Below are positions 55,264-64,000 of a stretch of 64,000 nt of DNA, piece after piece. The position numbers were made by a program, and so were the translations under genes. Each line of letters starts with the position of its first letter. The first letter of the stretch is position 1. This DNA is from Clostridiaceae bacterium (GTDB taxonomy: Bacteria; Bacillota; Clostridia; Saccharofermentanales; Saccharofermentanaceae), in NCBI GenBank assembly GCA_012523365.1, contig JAAYIQ010000146.1, forward strand, positions 466 through 64,465, read 5' to 3'. The notes beneath the pieces were generated by a model. It was not told the origin of the DNA and did not search any database. It saw only the letters and a list, made by a program, of their open reading frames with translations.

Positions 55264-56307
55264 GTGAAGTTGTCCCGGGCGATTTTCGATAATATAAGGA
55301 ATAGGACAGCGAGGGATCCTCAAGTGAAGAAATTCAGACGGCTCATTTCGGTTATTTGCTTCATATGTCTTTCGATTGCTATGTCCGGTTGTGATGCCAC
55401 AAGCCCGGAAACGGTCGTTGAGAAGCCGATCGTCCTGGGGTATTCCCAGCTCGGTGACGAGAGTACATGGCGCTCACAGAACAGTCTTTCGCTCATTAAC
55501 GCCGCCAATGAGGCGGGGATTAAGATCATGTTTGAGGACGCGATGCAAAACCCGGAAAACCAGATCAAGGCGATTCGGTCATTCATCGCGTATAAGGTCG
55601 ACGTGATTGCGTTTTCCCCTTTGGTCGAGACCGGTTGGGATACGGTCCTCGGAGAAGCCAAAGCGGCCGGAATCCCGGTAATCATCGTGGATCGCATGAT
55701 CGATACAGAAGACGAAAGCCTTTATACATGTGCGCTTTGCTCCGACTTTGATCTGGAGGGAAGGCAGGCAGGTGAATTTCTGAAGAAGAAATTCAGACTT
55801 GATGACGGGCCGGTTCGTATCGTGGAATTGGCCGGTACCGAATACTCCACGCCGGCGATCGGGCGCTACGAGGGCTTTCGCAGTGTCATTTCCTCCGATC
55901 CGAAATTTGAGGTCATATTCAGCGCGAGCGGGGATTTTATGAGAAGCAAAGGCAGGGAACTCATGCAACAGATTCTGACGCACTATGAGCCCAATGAAAT
56001 CGATGTCTTATATTCTCACAACGATGATATGACGTTCGGTGCGATCGAAGTGATGTTGGAGGCGGGGATCAGACCCGGTAAGGACATCGTGATTATCTCC
56101 GTCGACGCGACACAGAAGATTATCGATTATCTGAAGGACGGATCCGTTAATTGTGTGATCGAGTGCAATCCGAACAGCGGACCGCAGGTGATGGAGATCA
56201 CCCGGAGGATCGTCGCCGGAGAAACGGTCGAAAAGAATATTTATATTGATGAGAAGGTTTTCGATGAGTATTCCGATTTTGACAGCATAGCGGATCGGGG
56301 ATACTGA
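55264..56307 (+). CDS. orphan YtfQ-like sugar-binding lipoprotein, probable sensor component
   Basis: Lipobox IAMSGC. LGYSQLGDESTWR, NQIKAIRSFIAYKVDVIAFSP, IPVIIVDRMI, GDFMRSKG, YSHNDDMTFGAIE, CVIECNP. It is followed directly by a kinase gene, not by transporter genes. GTG start. Confidence 0.8.
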   Translation: MKLSRAIFDNIRNRTARDPQVKKFRRLISVICFICLSIAMSGCDATSPETVVEKPIVLGYSQLGDESTWRSQNSLSLINAANEAGIKIMFEDAMQNPENQIKAIRSFIAYKVDVIAFSPLVETGWDTVLGEAKAAGIPVIIVDRMIDTEDESLYTCALCSDFDLEGRQAGEFLKKKFRLDDGPVRIVELAGTEYSTPAIGRYEGFRSVISSDPKFEVIFSASGDFMRSKGRELMQQILTHYEPNEIDVLYSHNDDMTFGAIEVMLEAGIRPGKDIVIISVDATQKIIDYLKDGSVNCVIECNPNSGPQVMEITRRIVAGETVEKNIYIDEKVFDEYSDFDSIADRGY

Positions 56308-57816
56308 TTGATTTCGCGTTACCATGATGACGGAAAGGCAATATACGTGCGTACCAGAAGCATCAAAAGAACACTGCAGGTAACGAATTTTGTCATCATT
56401 TTGGCGACTCTCGTTCCTTTTCTGATGAGCACACTCTACTATAACTTTACCCTGAATCAGTACGAAGGGATCATCGAGAACGTCTATTCCGCAAACAGCC
56501 TTTCGAGCGTGGTTCAGGACGAGGTCTATCCGACGATCTGGCGGGTTGTTTCCGGGAAAACGAAGTTCGAAGAAAACACACAGTACGAATTAATCGAGAA
56601 AATCAGGAGCCGACTCGATGAGTTGGATCGAAATGCGAATTCCGGAGGGAACAGCTACCTGATCGAAGTCGCTCGCAATACACTCGAAACCCTTGAGAGT
56701 TATGTCGACCAAATCGGTACAAACATTGTCGAAAACAAGCCGATTCGCGAAAACGAAGAATTGCTCGGAGAGATCGTGGCGGTCAGTGATTTGCTGTATG
56801 ACATAATTCAGAAATTCGTCGCGGCGGAAATGGAAATCGCGCATATGCAAAACGCCAGAATACAGCGTTCGCTTGAGATCATGACCTTTATTCAAATAGC
56901 CATCTTTGCGGCCATTCTGGTGTTTTTGTTCCGGAATTATTGGCAACTCAATCACAGTATCAACAAACCGGTAATCCGTTTGAAGACCATGGCATCGCAA
57001 ATCGCCAGAGGAGATTTTTCGATTCGGGTCAAGAAACCGGAAATCAGCGAGCTGGATGAACTGACGGACAGTCTGAACACGATGGCCGAGAAACTTGGAG
57101 CGCTCCTCCGGCAGAACATTCAGAAGCAACAGAATCTTCAGAAGGCTGAAATGAAGGCTTTACAGGCTCAGATCGCACCTCATTTCATGTACAATACGCT
57201 GGATACGATTTTGTCTCTTGCCGAGGACGGACAGAACGAAGAGGTAGCGAAAACGACCCTCGCGCTGTCCAACTTCTTCCGCTTATCGCTCAATAAAGGC
57301 AAGGACTGGGTAACGGTCGCCGAAGAAAAGTCACATGTCGAAAGTTATCTGGCCATCCAGAAAATTCGTTACGGCGCCATTTTGGATTACGAAATTGATA
57401 TCGCGGAGGACATGCTCGGCGAGTCCATGCTGAAGATTCTTCTCCAACCACTTGTGGAGAATGCCATATATCACGGGATCAAGAAAACACGGCGCGGCGG
57501 ATGTGTTAAACTGACGGGGCGATTGACGGACGGACATCTGGTTTTTGTCGTGGAGGACAACGGTCTGGGGATGAAGCAAGAGGACCTTTTCTCACTTCGC
57601 GAAAACCTGCTTCATTACGATGTGTCCAATCCCGACATGGGATTCGGGATGTATAACGTTTTTAAGAGAGTTCAGCTGTATTACGAAATCGACGACGGGC
57701 TTTCGGTGGAAAGCGAATACCAGAAGGGGAGTAAAATGACTCTTCGTCTGCCGGTTCTCGCCGACTCGTCCTCGCAAGCGATTTCTTCACCCAAAGAGGC
57801 GCCCGATGACATATAA
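56308..57816 (+). CDS. sensor histidine kinase (two TM, about 150-aa extracytoplasmic domain, HAMP, His_kinase, HATPase_c)
   Basis: QIAPHFMYNTLDTI and VEDNGLGM blocks. The start is either the TTG at 56308 abutting the SBP stop or the GTG at 56347 with a GGAAAGG RBS. Confidence 0.85.
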   Translation: MISRYHDDGKAIYVRTRSIKRTLQVTNFVIILATLVPFLMSTLYYNFTLNQYEGIIENVYSANSLSSVVQDEVYPTIWRVVSGKTKFEENTQYELIEKIRSRLDELDRNANSGGNSYLIEVARNTLETLESYVDQIGTNIVENKPIRENEELLGEIVAVSDLLYDIIQKFVAAEMEIAHMQNARIQRSLEIMTFIQIAIFAAILVFLFRNYWQLNHSINKPVIRLKTMASQIARGDFSIRVKKPEISELDELTDSLNTMAEKLGALLRQNIQKQQNLQKAEMKALQAQIAPHFMYNTLDTILSLAEDGQNEEVAKTTLALSNFFRLSLNKGKDWVTVAEEKSHVESYLAIQKIRYGAILDYEIDIAEDMLGESMLKILLQPLVENAIYHGIKKTRRGGCVKLTGRLTDGHLVFVVEDNGLGMKQEDLFSLRENLLHYDVSNPDMGFGMYNVFKRVQLYYEIDDGLSVESEYQKGSKMTLRLPVLADSSSQAISSPKEAPDDI

Positions 57817-59413
57817 AGTATTCTTGGTTGAGGATGAGCCCTTGATCCGGCAAAACATCCGCAATACGATCGAAAAAGGCAATGAACCGTTTGAGTGCTG
57901 TGGAGAAGCCGGCGACGGAGAATTGGCTTTGTCCATTATTCAGGATCTAAAACCGGACATATTGATCACGGATATCAAGATGCCGTTCATGGACGGACTT
58001 GAATTATCCCGTCATGCCAAAGCGATCATTCCCTGGCTTCGGATCATAATCATCAGCGGATATGATGAGTTTGAACTGGCCCGTGAAGCGATCTCCATCG
58101 GAGTAGATCAGTATCTTCTTAAGCCCGTCGCGGCGAACGATTTATTTTCCGCTCTTCGTAAAGCGGCTGAGCGCATAGAAGAGCATAAGAGGCACAGCGT
58201 TACTTTTCTTAAAGAGATCACGGACGAGCAGATCGTCCGCAGTGCTCTGACCGGCTCGCTTTTGGAGCGTATCTGCAGCGGCGAGCTCACCGCAAACGAA
58301 GCATTAAAACGTGCGGATGAGTTGGGTATTGAGCTTTTGGCCAAGCGATATGTTGTTCTGTTCTGTCGTTATGAATTCACTACAGAGAATCCGAACCGAC
58401 AATTAATCGCATCCAAGGTCAAGTTCACGCTCGGAGAAGAAAACGACACGTTGTATTTTTTCAGCGGTATCGAAAACATCGTTTTGCTGATCAAAGGCGA
58501 CACCGATCTTGAAGTAACTGAAAAGGCATATCATAGGGCGCAGACCCTGAAGCACGAAATGGAGGATGACGGAGATACGATTCTGACTGTTTCCATCAGC
58601 GGAGTGGTGAATCGCATCATCGGCATTAAAGACGCATACCATGAATCCGGGATTCTTTTGAAGACCTTCGGTCAGGTCCGAAGAGGGAGGGTATTCTGCT
58701 CGGGAGATATCGATCATAACGATCGTTCCGCCACCTCATATTCCGAAAGCTTCTATCACGTCAACATCGAAAACAAACTGAAGTTCGCCGTTCGGGAGGA
58801 TGTGCCTTCCATTGTGGAGGAGTTCACCCGAAATCTGGATAAGAATGAAATGCAGAGCCTTTTGTATCGATATTATATTCTGATGGACCTGACGAATACG
58901 GCCATGCGTATCATTCGGAATTTCAATCCGGAGGCCGACATCAAGCCGGTGGCAAAATACTTCGTCGACATGCGCGAGGTATTCCAGTCTTCAATGACTC
59001 CGGAGGTTTTTGCCGAATTGGCAACGGAGATCTGTATGAAGACGATTGAGCTTCGTGATTGCGGGAACAGCGGTCATCACAAGAAGTTGGTGCACTGTGC
59101 GTGCGAATATATTCGCGAGAATTTCAATAACCCGGATATTTCTTTGAATACCGTCGCGGCGGTTGTGTCCTTAAGCCCCACACATTTCAGTACGATTTTT
59201 TCGCAGGAAATGGGCTTGACCTTCATTGAGTATCTGACCGCCGTTCGCATGGAAAAGGCCAAAGAGTTATTGGTCTCCACCGATGAGAAGCTCGTGAACA
59301 TCGCCTTTGCCGTAGGATATAACGAGCCCAATTATCTCAGTTACCTTTTTAAGAAGCGTGAAGGAATAACGCCGAAGGAGTTCCGATCCCAGCGAAAGGC
59401 CCCGCCGGGCTAG
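57806..59413 (+). CDS. response regulator, CheY receiver + AraC-type HTH
   Basis: VFLVEDEPLIR...DILITDIKMP receiver. C-terminal AraC HTH (LSPTHFSTIFSQEMGLTFIEYLTAVRM...GYNEPNYLSYLFKK). 11-nt overlap with the kinase. Confidence 0.88.
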   Translation: MTYKVFLVEDEPLIRQNIRNTIEKGNEPFECCGEAGDGELALSIIQDLKPDILITDIKMPFMDGLELSRHAKAIIPWLRIIIISGYDEFELAREAISIGVDQYLLKPVAANDLFSALRKAAERIEEHKRHSVTFLKEITDEQIVRSALTGSLLERICSGELTANEALKRADELGIELLAKRYVVLFCRYEFTTENPNRQLIASKVKFTLGEENDTLYFFSGIENIVLLIKGDTDLEVTEKAYHRAQTLKHEMEDDGDTILTVSISGVVNRIIGIKDAYHESGILLKTFGQVRRGRVFCSGDIDHNDRSATSYSESFYHVNIENKLKFAVREDVPSIVEEFTRNLDKNEMQSLLYRYYILMDLTNTAMRIIRNFNPEADIKPVAKYFVDMREVFQSSMTPEVFAELATEICMKTIELRDCGNSGHHKKLVHCACEYIRENFNNPDISLNTVAAVVSLSPTHFSTIFSQEMGLTFIEYLTAVRMEKAKELLVSTDEKLVNIAFAVGYNEPNYLSYLFKKREGITPKEFRSQRKAPPG

Positions 59414-59464
59414 ACAATTTTCGATCAGGGCTCTTGTCGGATGAGAAGGGATTATGTAAAATAA

Positions 59465-59478
59465 CATGTACATACAAG
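59465..59478. promoter_or_regulatory. candidate AraR operator upstream of araR (CATGTACATACAAG)
   Basis: Resembles the TTGTACGTACAA-type AraR box as I recall it for Firmicutes. It ends 16 nt before the araR ATG. Confidence 0.45.
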
Positions 59479-59494
59479 ATAAGGCGGTTTCGGG

Positions 59495-60574
59495 ATGAAA
59501 TACAGTCCGGACATAACCAAAGGTGAAATGGTCAAACGATACGTCCGGCATTTACTGCGGGACGATATCATTTCATATAGAAGCAAGATCCCGTCGGAGC
59601 ACGAACTGATGGATAAATTTCAAGTCAGTCGGCAGACCGTTCGACAGGCTTTCGGAGCCTTGGAAGCGGAAGGCTTGATTTATAAGGAGCAGGGAAAGGG
59701 GACCTTCAGTAATTACGATAAGGGAGCCGGACAGAACCGGATCGTCGCGGTGGTGACGACCTATCTGTCGGGATTTGTATTCCCCGGAATTATGTCCGGG
59801 ATCGAACAGGTTTTATCCGACGAAGGATATATGATGCTTTTATCCAACACGAATAACATCAAAGAGCGCGAAGCCCGCTATCTGAGAAGCGTCCTGGAGC
59901 ATAATGTCGTCGGGATCATCATCGAGCCGACCGCCAGCTCGCAAGCGAACAGCAATCTCAAATTACTGCGCGGTATCGAAGAAAAGGGAATCAAAACAGT
60001 CTTTATCAATGCTCTTTACGATGACTTCGAAAGCGCGTATGTTCTCCTGAATGATCTGAAAGGCGGATTGATGGCAACGGATTATCTTCTGCAAATGAGG
60101 CATCGAAGGATTGCGGGGATTTTCAAGACGGACGATAAGCAGGGCATCGATCGAAAAGCAGGCTTTCTTAAAGCCCTCTCTGCCGCGGGGATTCCCGAGG
60201 CGTCGGAATTCATCGGAGAGTACAACACCGCGCAAATGTATGACTACCCGTATATGTTCGCGCAATCATTGCTTCAGAAGGAAGGCTCTCCCACTGCCTT
60301 TTTCTGCTATAACGACCAGTGCGCTCTGATGGTGATCCGGGCGATCCATGACCGGGGGCTACGGGTCCCCGAGGATATTTCCGTCGTCGGGTACGACGAC
60401 TCCGCGTCCCCCATGCATTCCGAGGCCAAACTGACGACCATTCGGCATCCCAAGAAGGAAATGGGCATTCAGGCCGCAAAATTCATGGTTGGTATGCTCG
60501 AGGGAAGAATGCGGATGCCGCAGTATATGTATGAGCCGGAGTTGATCATTCGAAAATCCTGTCGGAATCTCTGA
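59495..60574 (+). CDS. araR: arabinose-utilisation repressor AraR (GntR-type HTH + LacI/PBP1 sugar-binding domain)
   Basis: N-terminal GntR wHTH (IPSEHELMDKFQVSRQTVRQAFGALEAEGLIYKEQGKGTF) fused to a PBP1 domain (VVGYDDS). 359 aa, directly upstream of araBAD. Confidence 0.88.
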   Translation: MKYSPDITKGEMVKRYVRHLLRDDIISYRSKIPSEHELMDKFQVSRQTVRQAFGALEAEGLIYKEQGKGTFSNYDKGAGQNRIVAVVTTYLSGFVFPGIMSGIEQVLSDEGYMMLLSNTNNIKEREARYLRSVLEHNVVGIIIEPTASSQANSNLKLLRGIEEKGIKTVFINALYDDFESAYVLLNDLKGGLMATDYLLQMRHRRIAGIFKTDDKQGIDRKAGFLKALSAAGIPEASEFIGEYNTAQMYDYPYMFAQSLLQKEGSPTAFFCYNDQCALMVIRAIHDRGLRVPEDISVVGYDDSASPMHSEAKLTTIRHPKKEMGIQAAKFMVGMLEGRMRMPQYMYEPELIIRKSCRNL

Positions 60575-60585
60575 TTTTTTGTGTA

Positions 60586-60600
60586 ACTTGTACGTATATG
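60586..60600. promoter_or_regulatory. candidate AraR operator upstream of araB (ACTTGTACGTATATG)
   Basis: Contains a TTGTACGTA core. It ends 37 nt before the araB ATG. Confidence 0.5.
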
Positions 60601-60637
60601 TCGAATCATATCGGCCGGAAAAAAGGAGGAAGAGCCA

Positions 60638-62299
60638 ATGACCAAATACTCAATCGGAGTGGATTTCGGAACACTGTCAGGACGGGCACTGCTTGTTGAT
60701 ATCGAAAGCGGAATAGAAATCGAGAGCTGCGCTCTCGATTATCCGCATGCGGTTATGGATGAGATGTTGCCGGACGGAACCCGACTCGGCGCGGATTGGG
60801 CGCTTCAGCATCCGAAGGATTACCTGGACGTCTTAACGAAGACGATCGCTGGTGTCATTCGAAAAAGCGGCGTTTCCGCTGAGGATATCATCGGGGTCGG
60901 CGTGGATTTTACCGCTTGCACCATGTTGCCCGTTCAAGGGGACGGCACGCCATTATGCTTCGCGGATCGATTCATCAATAATCCGCACGCTTACGTGAAA
61001 CTCTGGAAACATCACGCGGCACAGGATAAGGCCAACCGACTCAACTCCATTGCCGAAGATATGGGCGAGGAATGGCTTAAGAGCTACGGGGGCAAGATAT
61101 CTTCCGAGTGGCTTTTTCCGAAGATTTGGCAGATTTTAAGCGAAGCTCCGGAGGTATACGAGGAGGCGGATTATTTCATGGAAGCGACAGACTGGATCGT
61201 GTGGCAGATGACGGGTGTACAGACGAGAAACAGTTGTACGGCCGGCTATAAAGCGATCTGGAACAAGCAGAAGGGGTATCCGGGCGAGGTGTTTTTCGAG
61301 GCTCTGGATCCGAGGATGAGGGACATTGTCTCGACTAAGCTGGATTGCTCCGTTACTCCGCTCGGACAAAAGGCCGGAGTAGTCACGGCCGAGATGGCGG
61401 CGTTGACGGGACTTAAAGAAGGAACTGCGGTAGCGATCGCGAATGTCGACGCGCACGTTTGCGTTCCGGCGGTCAAAATCACCGGATCCGGGAAGATGTT
61501 GGCGATCATGGGTACATCAACCTGCCACATGTTAATGGGAAACGACGAGCGTTATGTTCCGGGGATCTGCGGATGTGTCGAAGACGGGATCCTCCCGGGA
61601 TTTTTCGGCTATGAGGCGGGGCAGTCTTGTGTCGGGGATCATTTCGCGTGGTTTTGTGAGAACTGCGTCAGTGCGGATTATCTCGAGGCCGCTCAAAAAG
61701 AAGGAAAGGACATCCATGTCTACCTCCAAGAAAAAATGAGCGAACAAAGGCCGGGAGAGAGCGGGCTTCTCGCTTTGGATTGGTGGAACGGCAACCGAAG
61801 TGTACTCGTCGACGTGGATCTAACCGGAATGATGCTCGGGATGACTCTACAGACCAAGCCGGAGGAGATGTACCGAGCGCTCGTTGAATCGACCGCATAC
61901 GGCACCCGGAAAATCATCGAGAACTTTGAGCAACACGGTGTTCCGGTCGATGAGTTTTACGCCGCCGGAGGGATCGCGGAAAAGAGCCCTGCAATTATGC
62001 AAATCTATGCGGACATCATTCGAAAGCCGATCTTTATCTCGGGAAGCGCGCAGGGACCGGCTTTGGGTTCCGCCATTTTCGGAGCCGTGGCCGGAGGCGG
62101 ATTCGATTCGGTATATGAGGCCGCGGAACGATTGGGTAAGCTTAAGGAAACACGGTATCTTCCAATCGAGGAGAACGCGCGAATCTATGACAGGTTATAT
62201 GCCGAATACGACCGTCTGCACAAGTATTTCGGTGAGGGTGAAAACGACGTAATGAAACGTCTGAAAGCAATCAAGATCGGGGAGGAAGAAAACATATGA
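60638..62299 (+). CDS. araB: ribulokinase
   Basis: FGGY kinase N-terminus [18 protein letters not shown]. 553 aa. AAAGGAGGAAG RBS. ATGA overlap with araA. Confidence 0.92.
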   Translation: MTKYSIGVDFGTLSGRALLVDIESGIEIESCALDYPHAVMDEMLPDGTRLGADWALQHPKDYLDVLTKTIAGVIRKSGVSAEDIIGVGVDFTACTMLPVQGDGTPLCFADRFINNPHAYVKLWKHHAAQDKANRLNSIAEDMGEEWLKSYGGKISSEWLFPKIWQILSEAPEVYEEADYFMEATDWIVWQMTGVQTRNSCTAGYKAIWNKQKGYPGEVFFEALDPRMRDIVSTKLDCSVTPLGQKAGVVTAEMAALTGLKEGTAVAIANVDAHVCVPAVKITGSGKMLAIMGTSTCHMLMGNDERYVPGICGCVEDGILPGFFGYEAGQSCVGDHFAWFCENCVSADYLEAAQKEGKDIHVYLQEKMSEQRPGESGLLALDWWNGNRSVLVDVDLTGMMLGMTLQTKPEEMYRALVESTAYGTRKIIENFEQHGVPVDEFYAAGGIAEKSPAIMQIYADIIRKPIFISGSAQGPALGSAIFGAVAGGGFDSVYEAAERLGKLKETRYLPIEENARIYDRLYAEYDRLHKYFGEGENDVMKRLKAIKIGEEENI

Positions 62300-63762
62300 A
62301 AGATTTAAAGCAGTACGAATTCTGGTTTATAACCGGCTCACAGCACCTGTACGGAGAGGAGACGCTCCGAAGAGTCGCCGAGGATTCCCGCGCGATGGTC
62401 AAGGCGATGGGCGGACGTGTCAGCGGGACCTTGGTTTATAAGGGCGTCGTCAAGACCCCGGATGAGATCACCGCAATCATCAAGGAAGCCAACTACCGCG
62501 ATGAGTGCGCGGGCATCATTACCTGGATGCACACCTTTTCACCCTCGAAAATGTGGATCAACGGCCTGAAGATCCTCCATAAGCCGATGCTCCATCTGCA
62601 CACGCAGTTTAACCGGGAGATCCCCTTCGGCGAGATCGACATGGACTTCATGAACCTCAACCAGTCGGCGCACGGAGACCGGGAGCACGGTTTTATCGGC
62701 GCCCGCCTGCGCCTCCCGCGCAAGGTTGTCGTCGGTTACTGGGATGACGCGAAGGTATTGGGCGAGGTCTCGGACTGGATGAGAAGTGCGGTCGGTTTTA
62801 TCGCGGGTCAGTCCCTCAAGGTGGTTCGCTTCGCGGATAACATGCGGGAAGTTGCGGTCACCGAGGGCGACAAGGTCGAAGCGCAGATCAAGTTCGGTTG
62901 GGCGATCAATTCGCTTTCGATGGGTGATCTCGTTCAGGAGATGGATGGGGTCGGCGAGTCCGACATTGAAGCGGTTTTCGAGGAATGCAAGCAAAAATAC
63001 GATATTGTTACCGCCAACGTGGATGCGGTCAAATATCAGATCAAGATCGAGATCGCGATGAGAAATCTTTGCGAGAAGAACGGCTTCGGTGCGGTCGTGA
63101 CGAATTTCGAAAACTTGTGCGGCCTCGAGCAACTGCCGGGGCTCGCGATCCAGCGGTTGATGGAAGCCGGGTACGGGTTCGGTGCCGAGGGAGATTGGAA
63201 GACGGCGGCCCTTCTTCGCGTGATGAAGTCGATGGAAGCCGGCCTTCCGGGCGGCACTTCATTTATGGAAGACTATACATATCACCTCGCCGAAGGCAAG
63301 GAATTGATCCTCGGAGCGCATATGCTCGAGGTCGATCCGAGCATCGCGGACGGAACGGTCAAGATCGATGTGCAGCCCTTGGGGATCGGCGGCAAGGGCG
63401 ACCCGGCGCGGATGATTTTCGACGGTAAAGAAGGAGACGCCATTTGCGCGTCGCTGATCGATATGGGTGGGCGGATGCGACTGATCGTCGCGGACGTCAA
63501 GGCCGTAAAACCGATCCGGGACATGCCCAAGCTTCCCGTCGCTCGCGTGATGTGGTCGCCGCTCCCGGATTTTGAGACCGGAGCGAAGGCATGGATATAT
63601 GCCGGCGGAGCGCACCACGCCGTGATGAGTTATTCGATCACGGCGGACATGATGCGCGATTACGCGGAGATCGCCGGCATTGAGTATGTGCATATCGGAG
63701 CGGAAACGCGGATCGAAGATTTGAAGCGCGATCTGATCCTTTCCGATTTACTGTGGAAGTAG
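62296..63762 (+). CDS. araA: L-arabinose isomerase
   Basis: [17 protein letters not shown]-terminus, FMEDYTYH and GAHMLEV metal-site blocks. 488 aa. Confidence 0.92.
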   Translation: MKDLKQYEFWFITGSQHLYGEETLRRVAEDSRAMVKAMGGRVSGTLVYKGVVKTPDEITAIIKEANYRDECAGIITWMHTFSPSKMWINGLKILHKPMLHLHTQFNREIPFGEIDMDFMNLNQSAHGDREHGFIGARLRLPRKVVVGYWDDAKVLGEVSDWMRSAVGFIAGQSLKVVRFADNMREVAVTEGDKVEAQIKFGWAINSLSMGDLVQEMDGVGESDIEAVFEECKQKYDIVTANVDAVKYQIKIEIAMRNLCEKNGFGAVVTNFENLCGLEQLPGLAIQRLMEAGYGFGAEGDWKTAALLRVMKSMEAGLPGGTSFMEDYTYHLAEGKELILGAHMLEVDPSIADGTVKIDVQPLGIGGKGDPARMIFDGKEGDAICASLIDMGGRMRLIVADVKAVKPIRDMPKLPVARVMWSPLPDFETGAKAWIYAGGAHHAVMSYSITADMMRDYAEIAGIEYVHIGAETRIEDLKRDLILSDLLWK

Positions 63763-63772
63763 AGGTCTTTAT

Positions 63773-64000
63773 ATGCTGGAAGAACTGAAAGAGAGAGTCT
63801 GTAGCGCAAATTTAATGCTTGTGGAGTACGGCCTCGTCTTGTTTACCTGGGGAAACGTGAGCGCTCTAGATACCTCCGGAGAGCTCGTCGTCATCAAGCC
63901 CAGCGGGATATCCTACGACAAGATGAAGCCTTCCGATATGGTCGTCGTGACCCTGGACGGTCGGGTGGTGGAGGGATCTCTATCTCCCTCCACCGACACC
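63773..64000 (+). CDS. araD: L-ribulose-5-phosphate 4-epimerase, 3-prime end cut by window edge
   Basis: ATG at 63773. Translation [33 protein letters not shown]...[13 protein letters not shown] is the class II aldolase/AraD N-terminus. The ORF is absent from the track because it has no stop in the window. Confidence 0.88.
   Translation, partial: MLEELKERVCSANLMLVEYGLVLFTWGNVSALDTSGELVVIKPSGISYDKMKPSDMVVVTLDGRVVEGSLSPSTDT

Noticed and set aside
1-64000. A search for CRISPR arrays, transposases, integrases, phage genes, toxin-antitoxin pairs, restriction-modification or other defence-type ATPase/nuclease genes, and rRNA.
   Set aside because: I saw no repeat-spacer periodicity, and every ORF of substantial size is accounted for by metabolic, transport, regulatory or envelope functions. 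The GNAT at 48017-48529 has no small upstream antitoxin-like ORF with an RBS.

Overview
The window looks like a chromosomal segment of a roughly 50% GC anaerobic Firmicute. Gene content suggests Clostridia of the Oscillospiraceae or Ruminococcaceae type; that assignment is inference only. Almost all of it is coding. About 43 consecutive genes lie on the + strand up to 44.1 kb, and the strand then switches several times. I found no CRISPR array, rRNA, transposase, integrase or phage gene.

Contents in order:
- Glycogen operon glgB-C-D-A plus a GH13 neopullulanase-type enzyme.
- A zinc-ribbon, tail-anchored protein of unknown function.
- A stand-alone tRNA-Leu(GAG) transcription unit.
- An arabinoxylan-oligosaccharide locus: type-B carboxylesterase, GH43, GH51 AbfA, a GH10-like enzyme, a YesL/YesM/YesN-type sensor module and an LplABC-type ABC importer.
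- A Na+-translocating biotin decarboxylase operon with a split alpha subunit.
- An operon of Na+:solute symporter, PaaK, IorAB and an ACT protein.
- A cell-division and housekeeping block: YnbB-like PLP enzyme, HlyD-like protein, YggS, SepF, type II PanK-like kinase, DUF1624-like, DUF3810-like, HemZ-like.
- tRNA-Pro(UGG) followed by pit and a DUF47 gene.
- A glf plus GT2 pair, an Amidase_3 gene, and a small accessory patch.
- A YtfQRT/YjfF-type ABC importer facing an orphan YtfQ-like binding protein, a kinase and an AraC-type regulator.
- araR-araB-araA-araD, with araD cut by the window edge.

The best candidates for under-described biology are:
- the YtfQ-type three-component sugar sensor;
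- the symporter-PaaK-IorAB-ACT arylacetate operon next to the Na+ pump;
- the tandem palindromes between glf and the amidase gene;
- low-complexity tails on two glycogen enzymes;
- several structured intergenic elements.

All protein calls rest on motifs I recognise by eye and on gene context. No database search was possible, and start codons are approximate.
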